From NCBI RefSeq assembly GCF_000150275.1, contig NW_002060946.1:3739454-3803453 (forward strand): a stretch of 64,000 nt of DNA, read 5' to 3'. The translations under genes and the position numbers were made by a program. The notes under the pieces were generated by a model that saw nothing but the letters and a program-made list of their open reading frames with translations, was not told where the DNA came from and did no database searches. This document shows positions 1-12,682 of the stretch, one piece after another. This DNA comes from Trichoplax adhaerens (lineage: Eukaryota; Animalia; Placozoa). The stretch's first letter is position 1. The number at the start of each line of letters is the position of its first letter.

Positions 1-578
1 TACCACCTAGTAGGTTTATAGTTCTTCCAAGTGACAGAATATTTGTGTTAGTTCCGTTTCATATCAAACTACCAGTTCACGCTAGAAATCAACAACCACT
101 TACCAGACCAAAAAGTAAAGGCAAAAGTGTTACAACTAAGAATACGCGAACGGTGGCGACTCAAACAGAAACAGAATTAAATCCGGTGACTGCACAAACA
201 GCACCATATGTGTCAATGCCAATTGAAGATGCTACCATATTAACTGACCAGATACAGCCTGATGGCTTTCTTGCACATAAGCTTTCGTCAAGAAATTTGG
301 TTGTAACTCCGGGTAGCAATGATTATAACCATTTTCGTCATTATTCAAATGACCCTCTCACATATAACAACGATTATCGAAGCGTAAGCACTCTTCCTTC
401 AGTTTACTCTCATGATAGTAAATTATATGAACCTGTTTCACTTGATCAAAGACCTCTTACGTCTGGATTATATGAACGTAGTCGTGAAAGGAGAAGTAAA
501 AAGAGCAAGAAGAATAAAGCTGAGAAAGAACGTTATCCTATGATGCAATTATACGAAATTGGTTCAGTAGACACTTAA
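1..578 (+). CDS. Terminal coding exon of an unidentified gene (5' part outside window); low-complexity Ser/Thr/Pro-rich C-terminal region
   Basis: The frame of ORF 45..578 stays open back to position 3 (PPSRFIVLPSDRIFVLVPF...) and ends at TAA 576-578. A >190-codon open frame is unlikely by chance in this AT-rich DNA. No family recognised. Confidence 0.6.
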   Translation, partial: PPSRFIVLPSDRIFVLVPFHIKLPVHARNQQPLTRPKSKGKSVTTKNTRTVATQTETELNPVTAQTAPYVSMPIEDATILTDQIQPDGFLAHKLSSRNLVVTPGSNDYNHFRHYSNDPLTYNNDYRSVSTLPSVYSHDSKLYEPVSLDQRPLTSGLYERSRERRSKKSKKNKAEKERYPMMQLYEIGSVDT

Positions 579-1877
579 GTGTGATTAATTTACCTCTTTT
601 CGGCGAATTTGAATACATACGAGATTGTACAGTATATTGTATAAAATCAGTGTATATATTTGTTATCGTGCATTATTCATTAATGGAAAGCTGTATGTCG
701 GTCAGATGCATACAATTAATTGATCAAGAAGATAGCAATATATATAATTCACTGTACACCAAATTGAGAAAATTTCCATGTTTCCTGCACTTTCTGAGCT
801 AATTCTATACAAATTGGAAATATACTTGATGTGGTAGAGTGCAATATAATATATATAATCGAAGGCTTATGTTGGTATATATGCTACTGGATATATTGAT
901 ACCATTTATTAGCTTATATTGGTCAACTGTTACGATTGCTTGAAAGGCTAATCTTAATACTACACTGCTCGTATATACTAAAGAATTTTACTAAGCATAT
1001 CCAAGAATAGTATTTTGCTACAAATATAAAACAACATACGCCTATTTATGATTTTATTACACACTACAAAAATATCCAGCTAAAATATTGACAGTCGTAT
1101 TTCTTGGAGTATAGATTAAGATTGGTTAAAATAATAATTGATGAAATACGTACTCATTTACAACTATTTGACGGCATAACATTTTATATTATTTGAAAAT
1201 TGTGATGATAAATTCACTTTTAAGCACTATCGATGAGAATATTTTTAAGTACTGTATATATCTGTAGTTTTATTTTATGCAGCATCGTCTTTGGATACTG
1301 GGTACCGTATCCTGAATATACATACGCGTATACTCGCATAGACGCATGTTCGTGGGATAATTAATTTATGAAAATTTTATTCAAGCCGATGCATTTGATA
1401 CTGCTGCGATATCAATATTTTGATGAATTTTGTTTTTATAAAACTAGCCTATTCTATTTCGATTATGATAATTTCAATTTATTTATAGTAGCAGTATTTC
1501 TATCAATCAATTCTATTTTCAAGTGTCCAGTACTCATTTTATATCCATAATTTTATTTATAGTATACAATACTACGCGTATATGAAACGTAATTATTAAG
1601 GTATAAATTTTAAATTTATAAGTAAAAGCATTTAGAGTAATGTCGCCTTGGTTATTGTTGTCTGTCAATAAAGGCAATTATTACAAGATAGAGCTAGTCT
1701 GGTACGGTAATACTTTGATTGAATCTCTGTGCTAAGCGGCAAAGTCTGCATAGGCCTCAAGCCAGGCATCTGTAAAATATGTTTAAATCAATCCGAAAAT
1801 TCCGCTACTCTTACTACAGTACTGCAAATTGGATAGGAGTATTTTTAAGTATAGCAGTTGTAGTCCATAAGTTTATC

Positions 1878-2145
1878 TCTGACCTCCTCATTATATTCCA
1901 GTAGAGGGTAAACCCGAAAGATTTGAACGGGCTTAGAACAGTTTACTTTTAATTTTAAAATATTGAGCAAGCTATATGAAATTCATATATACTGAGAGAG
2001 CCCCTTCTAGATCTGACCTCCTCATTATAGTCCGGTAGAGGGTAAACCCGAAAGATTTGAAAGGACTTAGAATGATTTACTCTTCAATTTTTAAATAGCA
2101 AGCTATATGAAATTTATATATACTGAGAGAGGCCCTTCTAGATCT
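1878..2145. repeat. Tandem duplication, 2 copies of a ~134-bp unit
   Basis: TCTGACCTCCTCATTATA...GAGGGTAAACCCGAAAGATTTGAA...CCCTTCTAGA starts at 1878 and again at 2012; the copies differ by scattered substitutions and indels. Confidence 0.92.
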
Positions 2146-2159
2146 ACTGTTATAATCTT

Positions 2160-2497
2160 CCAATAAATTAGAATATGCAGTCGTTAATGTATAACGTGCG
2201 ACCGTTAAGTAAAATTCTAATTGTATGACATTTGTTTAATAATGTTTATGATCGTCTATTGGTTTTCCCCTTTTAATCAATAAATTAGAATATGCAATCA
2301 TTAATGTATAACGTGTGACCGTTAAGTAAAATTCTAATTGTATGACATTTGTTTAATTGTTTATGATCGTCTATTGGTTTTCCCTTTTTAACCAATAAAT
2401 TAGAATATGCAATAGTTAATGTATAACGTGCGACCGTTAAGTAAAATTCTAACTGTAGGACATTTGTTTAATAATGTTTATGATCGTCCATTGGTTT
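2160..2497. repeat. Tandem repeat, ~3 copies of a 115-117-bp unit
   Basis: CAATAAATTAGAATATGCA...GACCGTTAAGTAAAATTCTAA...GATCGTCTATTGGTTT starts at 2161, 2278 and 2393. Confidence 0.93.
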
Positions 2498-2509
2498 AAT
2501 TGCGGCAGT

Positions 2510-2682
2510 ATTAGTATTACTGTACGGTACTGTAGCACGGTACTGTAGTTCAGTATAGTACAGTAAAGTACGTACAGTGTACAGTATACAGTACTGTAGA
2601 GATAATATTGTAAAGAAACTGGAAAGTGTGCACAGTGTACAGTGTACAGTATTGCACACATTACAGTATATCGCACAGTACA
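2510..2682. repeat. TACAG/CTGTA (GTAC) pentamer cluster upstream of UBE2C
   Basis: Dense runs such as TACTGTACGGTACTGTAG, GTACAGTGTACAGTATACAGTACTGTAG and GTGTACAGTGTACAGT. Confidence 0.75.
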
Positions 2683-2694
2683 AGGTATTGTATG

Positions 2695-2716
2695 CAACGG
2701 AAAAATTCAATTTAAA
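2695..2716 (-). promoter_or_regulatory. Candidate CHR plus Myb composite element in the UBE2C promoter
   Basis: Plus strand reads CAACGG (2695-2700), AAAAA, TTCAAT (2706-2711), overlapping TTTAAA (2711-2716). On the minus strand this is ATTGAA-N5-CCGTTG, about 150 bp upstream of the ATG. Confidence 0.45.
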
Positions 2717-2864
2717 AAATTAAAAATATCAAATCGAGTGTTGATATTTTTGATCGATAGCGACAGAGCACCGCACACGCAGCAGAAGGAGAAAAGAATT
2801 TCATTTTACAATCATTGCATTACTGTTCATGTTATTATAAGAAAGATCAATTCTATCACAGATC

Positions 2865-5592
2865 ATGTCAACGCAAAATCGAAATCCAAGTCATAACAGC
2901 GATGCAAAAAAGACTGGTGAAGCAACTAAAACCTCTCTCAAAGATGGTAGTTCTGTAACCAAGAGGTAAGCGATAAAGACGAGTAGGATGTACGATCGGC
3001 GCTTTGAAGGTTCCGTTGTAGTTTAAAAAATTTCTCTATTCGCCCGTTTATGCATTACGCGATACTGTAGGATTATGCTTAATTTCGATGTACTGTATAT
3101 ATTCTGCCATAGAATTATTTTTTCTCTGTGTTTAGCGTTTACATCAGTAATTGAAAAAATTTTCCGATGGTCATCTTGATGTGTATCAATCGGTGTACGC
3201 CTAGTTGGGGTTTATAGCTTATATACGAGTACAACTGATCCAACGTATTGTATAGTAGAATTTGAGTAGTATTCTGATGCTTAGACTTTCCAATTACTGC
3301 ATATACACCCTGTATCAAGATATTTGACATGTCTTATTTTAGTAGCCCTGTTTGGTAAATTAGATCAATCTTTCGTTGCTGTAGTATTAACCAATAGTTA
3401 CTTAATTGATCGCTTCTTGATTCTCATTCATACGTGGATCATCTTTAAACTAGGTTGCAACGGGAACTGATGACTTTAATGGTAAGTTTATTACTTATTA
3501 TATTATTTATACTGCAGATATGAATACTGTACCATTTCTTAATTGTTGAACGGAGAGCTCAAACTAGGCTATAGAGCAATATTTTAAAGATAAAAACTTT
3601 TCTATAGTACGTATCTCTGTATCTAGCAAATATCGTGAAGAATTTTTTCTACGTTACAATTTAGGATTGATTTGTATAAATAGCAACAAACTTTGTGCTC
3701 GGTGTGTTGCTAATAATAATACAATTAGTTAGAAAGTTAGTTCTGTAACGTATATATTCTTGCTTGAAATGTCTGCAATCGCAATTAATGCTCCAGAGTT
3801 GATGCCTTTGCAAATTTCGTATGCCGCTTGATTTGTTGTGTTGATTAATCCTAACCGTAAAACAACTACTGCAGAAATATGACGATGAAGGAATGTTAAG
3901 AGATCTATGCGAGTTGTTATTAGTATTTTCAATGCTATTACTCTATTTATCAATTGACCTAATACTTTCCAGATGTCAGGAGATTATGGTATATCTGCTT
4001 TCCCTGACAACAATAATATGTTTCGGTGGATTGGTACTATTATTGGTGCGAAAGGAACTGTAAGTAACACCATTTTAATTTGCTTTCGTATTAAAGCTCT
4101 TTTCCTCGTAACGTTTATACGTATGTGACAAAATCGGCAGTCGACTCTATTTCTCTATGCTAGATTATTTTCTCCCGTAATTATGTGCTATAATTAGGCA
4201 ATCTGTTTGTCACATTAGGTTTACGACAGTCTAGAGTATAAATTAACCCTGGAATTTCCAAGCGGTTATCCTTACAAAGCCCCAACAATTCGCTTCGAAA
4301 CACCTTGCTATCATCCTAACGTTGACCAATGGGGTAATATATGCTTGGATATATTAAAGGTAAACTAACTCTATTCCTAAGATTCATAATAGTAACAAAT
4401 TTACTACATTGACGTAGCATATTGTAGATAAAATTATTAAGATCGCCGATGACAAATTGCAGGTGCAAGATGATTTATTTTATCAATTTATGTCTGTAAT
4501 ATTATAATTCTTGCGATAGAAAAAAAGTATAAAAAATCGTATAAATGTAAAATTTATAAGAAATGAGTAAATTATATGGGTCCCTTTTAAGGCTTTAGAT
4601 GTGGCATTGGACTGCAACGGGCCCTGTACCTATCTCGTACTTATTAGTTTGTAATGTTAAGATGTAACAGTTTGTGGTTATAAATATAATTTATAGTATG
4701 GAGAAATTGTTTTATCAATAATATGCATTGGGGCTTAGTTCATAATTAGTGGGTATGTCATCGTCAATTTTACTGTTGTCACATCTGCATAGGGATATGT
4801 ATGCAGAGACATGCATCAGGGTACTTAATCAATTATAGAATACAGTTAGTTGCTATTTATTTTCGTGTAGTCTTTGAATCAAAGTGATTTTTAAGTTGTA
4901 GAATGTAATTACGGGAGATTTAAAAATTCGTTATTATTATACTATAGGAAGAATGGTCTGCCCTATATGATGTAAGATCAATATTAGTATCGCTCCAGAG
5001 CTTGTTAGGAGGTATGTTGACTATATTTTCGCCTATCGTAGTAGTGATTATCATGACCATTGCAAAGAAAAAAGATTTAATTTTCTCAAAGTTCATTACT
5101 GACGTTAATATTCTTAAATAAAATCGGTAATTTTAGAGCCAAATGTTAAAAGCCCATTGAATACCCAAGCTGCCAGCTTATGGGAAAATCAAGAAGGTAC
5201 TTGTTTGATTATATAAAGTTGGTTTTTAAGGTATTATTACCAAAATATCTTCACGTACGAATTACAGCTTGCAAACAGATAGTTTTAATAATTACTTCGC
5301 TGTAAATCATTTTACATAGTACTGTACTAGTTTAAACTGTACAGTATCTCTTTAAAAATCGGTAAATATCACAAAATATGTTCGATTTCTGGTTTAAGTT
5401 TGGTAATGGAGATTTATTGATGATGTAATAAGCTAAAAAGGCTAAAAATATCAAGAGCCGAAATTTGTCAAGAATTTTCTTAACTATAGACCTTTACTTT
5501 CTTTCATTGGTATATTTTAATTTGTTGTAGAATACAAGAAGGTGTTATTGGAAAAATACCGCAGTGCTACCTCTCAGTCTAAATCAAAATGA
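2865..5592 (+). CDS. UBE2C: Ubiquitin-conjugating enzyme E2 C (APC/C E2), 7 exons, 180 aa
   Basis: GT-AG exons 2865-2965, 3454-3481, 3973-4059, 4219-4359, 4948-5011, 5137-5196, 5531-5592 splice in frame (543 nt): MSTQNRNP...KRLQRELMTLMMSGDYGISAFPD...[30 protein letters not shown]...EPNVKSPLNTQAASLWEN. HPN motif, catalytic Cys and the UBE2C-type N-terminal QNxxP extension are present. Confidence 0.96.
3003..3018 (+). promoter_or_regulatory. Candidate CHR plus Myb composite element in UBE2C intron 1
   Basis: TTTGAA (3003-3008), GGTT, CCGTTG (3013-3018), 37 bp into intron 1; TTTAAA follows at 3022-3027. Confidence 0.45.
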
Positions 5593-6335
5593 AGCCTTGT
5601 GAATCTCATAATTATTATTCAGAATGATTTTAAGATTGTACATAATGGGGTATCTGCAACAAATTTGCTTTGAAAATAATCGTATATGTTATGTTGGGCT
5701 AATTTAATCACTTTTATTATGAATGTATACTTTTATATCTGCCCTTTAGGTAGTCTAGTTACATGTTGGATTGTAAAAGTTTATCTTTGCTTGAGTAGAA
5801 ATTGGTATATATGCGTATATCGTATATGCAAATTCGACGGCAATGTAGTTCTGGATGTGTTTTTATGCCATTCGTCATTATCACTACTTTATCACTAAAA
5901 TGATTTTTCATTTGTAAATTAAAACTGCTATTTCTGAGTGAAATTTTGGTAAGAATACATATACGTGTATATGACGGTATGTTTAAGGGTATTTTATAAT
6001 ATCACAATACAACTGTTATACTCTACTCAGATGTGATCATACCTGTATACCTATAGTGTATCTACATCGAGAGAGAAATGGAATAATGCTGAATTGAAAC
6101 AATAAATACGTGCATCATATCAAATACAAGCGCAAAGTAGCATAACTCCAAAACAATCTTCATGCAATTTAATTGATTGTTTATTAACAGTAGGCCGACA
6201 TCAAGAGCACGCAAACGAGAAAATATATATTGCAACCAATAGATACAAATATTGAAGGGTAATTTTGTACTGTACAGTACATGCAAATGTCATTGTTAAA
6301 AGATAATGTAATCATTTCATCCAAGCATAGTAATT

Positions 6336-9300
6336 TCAACATTCTAATATCTTATCTATACTAGCAAACGCACACGATCCTATACCAGCTTTGGCCATTT
6401 TTTTTAGACACCCTTTCGCATGACTCACAATTACTTCTAATGCAGGTACTTTCGACATGTTTTGTGCCTCTATTAAAAAGAAAGTAAGATTATGTGTTAA
6501 AAACGTCATATACAGCACTCGTTAATAAATGTCCAGCATTACTAAAGAACGTTTGAGTTACGAAATATATTGCACTACTTGTAAGATTATTTGCTACAAC
6601 AGTTGGAGAACTATTGATCTATAATGCACACCTAAGATAGCACTATTGAGAGCATAATATATTGGCTCCCGTTCTTTATGATTTAATAAGTGTGCGAACG
6701 GACTAGACCAAGGATCTTTATAAGCCAGAAGAGAGAAAGCATCCTAAATATTAAAATTCAGTAAAATGTGACGGTTCAATTTATATATGTACAGTAAATG
6801 GTATTCCCATTATGGAAAAGAAAATTAGTCCATAAATTACCTTAAGTATCGACCCGTCAATTTCATCATCTGTAGGTCCTTCCTTTTTAAGTTTGTCGTA
6901 CATTGCATTTAAATTTTTACCAAATGACAATAATTGTTTAAGAAAGTTGGTTGAGCTGCTTTCATCGTCATCATCTAAAAAATTGAAAAGAAAGTGTTGG
7001 TTGCGGCTACTCAACAATGCATTGATCATATACTGTTATATCGTAGAACGTAGAATAGATACTTGCCTTGTTGATTACAGCCAGGCGTAATACCATTCAT
7101 ATGATCGTTCGCATCCTTGCCGTTTATTTCACATGTTTTTTCATCGTCTATTTCCATTACGGAATCGTCGTTAATACTCGAATTAAAACCATTTTGAGAT
7201 GAACTGTTTTCACATTTAATATCTGTTTAAGAAAGGAAAGTTAGCTATAAAAATTCATTCTTGTAAAATTGAACAAGCTGGTAGATAATTAACCTTGTGA
7301 AATGTCATTGTTAGAAGATGAAGCTAGGGTATTATTATTTGTATTAATGCTATTAGCAGAAGTACTATTTGCAGATGAACAGGATACGGTATCGGAACCA
7401 TTAATCGCTTCAATAAACTGGCGCACTAAAAGTCGAATATGTAACCATGGTTTATTAGATAAAATGGTCGGATAATTTTTTTCCGTTAAACAAATTGCTT
7501 CACTAATTTTGCCATCCATAATCAGAGCTTGAATTTCTGATGTATTTAGGAAAAAGAAAGGTTTTATTAATTCATTAATATCAGTAATTGTTATAAAGTA
7601 TCGTTAGTAATCACTAATGGAACATTTATCACATTTCGTATCAGTGAAAAGAATATTCTATACAAATGGTCTTTATACTTTGTCTATTTTCTATAGAGGC
7701 AGTTTCCTCTTTATAAGACTGTCCAGTTATAGTGGCAAATGTTTCACAAGTTGCACTGTATCCGTGGTGCACAAGGTAGTCAATAATCACTCTAAATGTA
7801 ATATATATCTTAATTAGACATAATATATATATTATGCTTTTCTATGCTATGATCTTTCAGGTATAGCATTATACTTGTGTAGCATAGCTTGCACGGAGTT
7901 GCCTTCACTAGTTATTGGCGTACTAAGAACACTTTGGGATACTTTCATTCGTGTTTCCTTAAATTATTAAGCATAATAAATAAATAGTGTTACTTCTAAC
8001 ATAAAATCATTTAACACTTGATATGGTAAAATCAAAAGTCGTGATTAGAAGTACTTGTATCTCATCTTCTATGTTGTAGAGAAAAGGCTCTTGGCCGAAA
8101 TTTGTATCTACAATTTCACCATTAGTTTGCATTCCAACAGTTGGATACAGGTCATGCTAGAATATTATGAAATAGGAAGATATTAGAATTTACTACAAAA
8201 TTAAATAATATACAGTACATCATAGCGAATTAAAACTTACGGGTAAATCCGAGAAGACAGTCCCTGTATACAAAATATTAAAAAAATTTTGTGATTTAGA
8301 TTTTAACTTATAACACATCGTAAGAAAAATTCATGATTTAAATTTTAACTAGTAACACAAACATGATATAAAAAATTTGCTATTTACGTACTATAGTAAT
8401 TACTTTAGGAAGAGAGGTTAAAAAAGTAAATAAAATCTACAATCTACAATTATGTGCGTCTTGCTTCGATGATATCAATTTAGATCATGACAGGTTGACA
8501 GTGTTTTTTAGTAATTTGCTGTTAACAAGATTTCTAGGAACGTGTGATTAAAAAGAGATAAACTCTTAATGTAGTACAAAAATTTATCATACCTAAATTA
8601 CGTCCATTCTTAGTGTAGAAGCAGGTATTATGAATAAAATTAATACCACAGCCGATGACATCGCCTGTAGTAAAAGTCGGTCCATAAGGATCGCCTTGAC
8701 TTTGAGAATTGAATGAGTGGCCATCATCACCATGATATCCAAATGTATGCTTTTCCCATCCTATATTAAAAAGTGAGCATTAAATGCGATAAAAAATAAA
8801 ACTTGTACAATTACCTGCAATGACAAGTATAGAGTAGCGATCATTACCTGGTAATCGGTTAAGATTTGAATTATGAACTGATAAACCAATGCCTATATAT
8901 CTGCAGAAATCCCAAAAATATCATATTTAACTTCAAGTAGAGAGATACAGTCATACAGTAGACACTTCTAATAATTATAATAAATTAGCAGTCACATTTG
9001 GCCAGTTCATTTAACAGATGCAGTCCTATGATTTAACGTAATTCACTTTGAATTGCAACACTACATAAATGTCTATGTAAATAAGATTACTTTTCAGATT
9101 CTTGTAAGCAATTCAAGTTTGCCTATCTTAAAACTTAATTAAGTCTAAAGTAACTAATCCATCAATAAGTTTATTATCGTGGTACGCTTAGCGCTATATG
9201 TGATTAAAACTAATTTCACATATCAATTGATTAATCTCTCATTTAAGCGATACTACAGATAAGCCTATATTGAGAAAGTACTATCGCATACATTGAGATT

Positions 9301-12245
9301 TTAAGATTGAAGGATAGGGCAGTATAATTATCTTTTTTATCTAGTTAATCGAAGGTAGTATTATATTCATTACGAGTAACTGTAGGATATACAGTCTTTT
9401 AAGGTGTATTTGATCCAAGATTTTACAGAGTATACAGTGTATCGTATTAATTTAGTGTTAACTTACCCATCCTTGCCTTTGCTGACTATTTTAACTTCAT
9501 AATAATAAATACCACAAGCTGGAGAAATTGGATAAGTTGCCCTTACCGAAGCAGCATCTTTATGAGGTTTATTAGTGTTATTACCTAGATGTTAAAGTCA
9601 AAATTTTCAAAGTTTTAGAAAAATACATTACCTTTATCTGTAATGAACGATAATTTATCGAAATTTTTTGCTATTATTAATTATCTAATATATAATCGTA
9701 TTAAGTATTATAGCTACTTAGAGTATAGGGGATGTATAGTGGTATCGCAATCAGATACTTTGATATTTTAATCATAATCTTTTATGTTATCTATTGTACA
9801 ATTATGACGAAAGGCAATTGTAGCATGGAAAAAGTATTTATCTATAATATTTGTATTTTAAAAATATTGTATTGAAAATTTATCGTTATGCTTATGCATC
9901 TAGCTACAGTATAATCTCATTATAGAGTAACGTCATAAGGAGATGTACTCATTTCTATTTAGCATTTCTTCGTTAGTATACTGTAATTAATATTTTTTCA
10001 GTATTATTATAGTACTATAGTGCCTGGAGTAATTTATATTATCCCTTGTTAATTAAAGGACTCCTCCGTCCTCCGCAAATAGTTCAACGATTTCATTGAC
10101 AGTTTCGATTACTCCATGATAAATACTATGAGTTTTACATTGTTCCACTTGATGATATCTAGAAGTACAGCAATCAGTATGCGATCAGCAGTAAATGAAA
10201 ATTGAGCATTGACGGAAAGAATTCAGCATGCTATCGTGGATGGAATGTACGAATTGTTCTTTCAGTTGTTGGAACTGACTACCGGACAAACGCGTACACT
10301 ACTCCACATCAGTTATATGTAAATGTATAACATATATACTGTACGCGTATATTATGTGTTATCTCCCAAAGTCGAGTAGACTTGAAAATTTAATTTCATC
10401 CTCATTTTACGTCGATTTATAGGATCATACAGTAGAAAATGCCATGCTGACGACAGCGCTCAATCAGTACTCTTGCATTTGATTATACTGTATGGAAGTA
10501 CTGTTCATTACTGACAGTAAGATGATATTACGCGTACAGTAGTCAGCAAGCTAAGTCAACTATACAGTACAAGAACTAAAAGTTTACACAAGTAATTGTT
10601 ACGTAGGAATATTTTCTACTACATATGCGGACGTATACTGTACATATCGATCCCTAGAATAAAGTCCTTCTAAGCGTATACGCGCATATAGAATTTATTA
10701 GAACGCACTTCCACCGTATGAACTACAGTGTTGCAGAAAAGCCGATCAGGACCGATTCTAAACTTGCTAGTACCATGTACTGTATACATTTCCTTTTTCT
10801 AAAGTAAAGAATTCAATCTTGACGTCTTCTATTTTGATACAAGTATTTCTACCGTCGAGAAGACACTATGTACCGTAAACTATTGTCGAAAAGCTATCGA
10901 GTACTGCATCTTGACTTGCAGTTCGTGTTTGCATTCTATCTTCAAGTTTGGTAAAATGCTTTTCTATTGCGAAGAGTTACAGAAAGCTACTCAGTATTGA
11001 CTCTTGACATGCTGTAGGGGTAATTAAAATAATTCTATCGTGAAGAAGTAGTCTTGATACCATCCTAAAAGTTTGTAGATCAGCATTTTAAGCGTGAATT
11101 ATTATTGTTAGTCATTGAAAAGCTTGATACTGCTGCGGTGAACGTATCTTACAGAAGTAATAGGACATTATCAGAAGACCCTTTCGTTCCTGCTGTACAG
11201 TGTACAGTATGGAACTGCTTATCCGTACTGTAGCATACAAAGTCATAAAGAATAAAATACTCGACGTCTGAAGCAGCACTCAAGTAGTTTGCAATTGTGC
11301 TCATGCAGGGAACATATTTATTACAGTATTGTACTGTACAGCACTGTTGTAACAGTAGCACTAGCGCATCAATCAATCGAATGTAAGAACGAATTTTGAT
11401 ACGGATTAAAAGGATTCGTCAGTCAAATTTGCAAAATAAGTAATAAAAAATATTTTGAATGTAGTCTCCGTTTTACTTTATGCATTTTTCTCTACAAGCC
11501 GTTTATAGTATAAAGTAAGTAGTATTTATTAAATTGTACAGTGATATTTATAACGATGTCCAATTGACTTGATTCGATATTTTAGTAGCCTAGATCGATC
11601 TTTTTTATTACAGTATACGGTAGGTGTAGAAGCCTGTATTTTAAGGACATTTACGTCGGATCGAGGAGTCAGTGTCAATGGTTGTGTATCATGACTGCAT
11701 GTTCAGTGATACTTTTTTTATTTTATGTGTCACCTATTGGAAACATGGATGGCGTATCTTACAGTTGAATGGATTTGATCTCGATGATCAAAATGGTAAT
11801 ATCCATTTGCAGGGTAGTCTTCTATGTTTACCCGATGGAATTAAAATGTCGCAGCACCGATCTCTATACGAATGCATCACAGACAACCGATCCAGTACTG
11901 TATCATTTATACGTATGTCGGTGTCGAGCAGAGGCGTCGATTACCAGTACAACACTTAGAATACCTTATAGCATTGGTGTACGGTACACGAAATGTTTTG
12001 CATACAAATATAAGATATAGTACACTGTAACTTGGTACAGATAACAAGCTATTTTGCTAACCTCTATATTGAACACGAAGATTGTCTTGCGACAAAATAA
12101 TGAACTGGCATCTTTCACGCGGACTCCATGCTCGTGGTAAAGGAGATAAAGATTCATCAACATTAGGATATAGCTGTGAAATTCGGTCGGGTGGAATAGC
12201 CTTTGCTATTTTCGAGCGCTGCCAACCTCCTTTCGTCAAAGACAT
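6336..12245 (-). CDS. RANBP9: Ran-binding protein 9/10 orthologue (CTLH/GID E3 ligase subunit; SPRY-LisH-CTLH-CRA), ~13 exons
   Basis: Exon 1 12245-12062 ([20 protein letters not shown]...[12 protein letters not shown]); exon 2 9584-9467 ([32 protein letters not shown]). Later exons encode [54 protein letters not shown], Lis[12 protein letters not shown] and [18 protein letters not shown]. Last exon ends [11 protein letters not shown]...LEC, TGA at 6338-6336. Co-orthologous to RANBP9 and RANBP10. Confidence 0.93.
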
Positions 12246-12439
12246 CTCGCCTTAACAAAAAGTCCGTACGAAATGAAGAACGTCACCACTGTTATTGTAT
12301 TTTCAATATTTTGATATCAAGCAGTAGGATTTTGGACGTCACTTGCAGGTACAGTCAGTATCCGTTCATTGACTCCTTTTCAATGAAATGCTTGTAGACT
12401 ACAATACACTGAGCTGGACGGTTTGAATTGAATCAACCT

Positions 12440-12612
12440 ACACGGTACAGTACTGTACTGTATATAGTACAGTAGTGTTACAGTAATGAATACAGATTGA
12501 ACGAGTTCACTAAAAAGTATCGTACAGTACTGTACGTACTGTACTGTACGGTAGTGAACAGCGGACAGTGACGTACTGTACTGTACAGTTCCGGCTGTTC
12601 CGTACGGTACAG
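12440..12612. repeat. TACAG/CTGTA cluster upstream of RANBP9/10
   Basis: GGTACAGTACTGTACTGTATATAGTACAGTAG, CGTACAGTACTGTACGTACTGTACTGTACGGTAG and CGTACTGTACTGTACAG. Confidence 0.8.
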
Positions 12613-12649
12613 GTCATCGTGTCAACCTATTGGGTTGAAAGTGATTATG

Positions 12650-12682
12650 GTCAATCGCAACGTCAATCGCAACGTCAATCGC
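12650..12682. repeat. 12-bp minisatellite (GTCAATCGCAAC) x ~2.7
   Basis: gtcaatcgcaac gtcaatcgcaac gtcaatcgc read directly. Confidence 0.85.

Noticed and set aside
1898-1925. Hammerhead core suggested by GA-GGG-TAAA-CCC-GAAA
   Set aside because: The preceding bases are CAGTAGA/CGGTAGA rather than CUGANGA, and no stem I pairing was found. Kept only as a hairpin within a repeat.
2449-2710. Short Tyr/Cys/Thr/Val-rich ORFs (also 11149-11376, 18215-18581, 51223-51573)
   Set aside because: They are translations of the TACAG/CTGTA low-complexity clusters, which lack stop codons in several frames. No homology or splice support.
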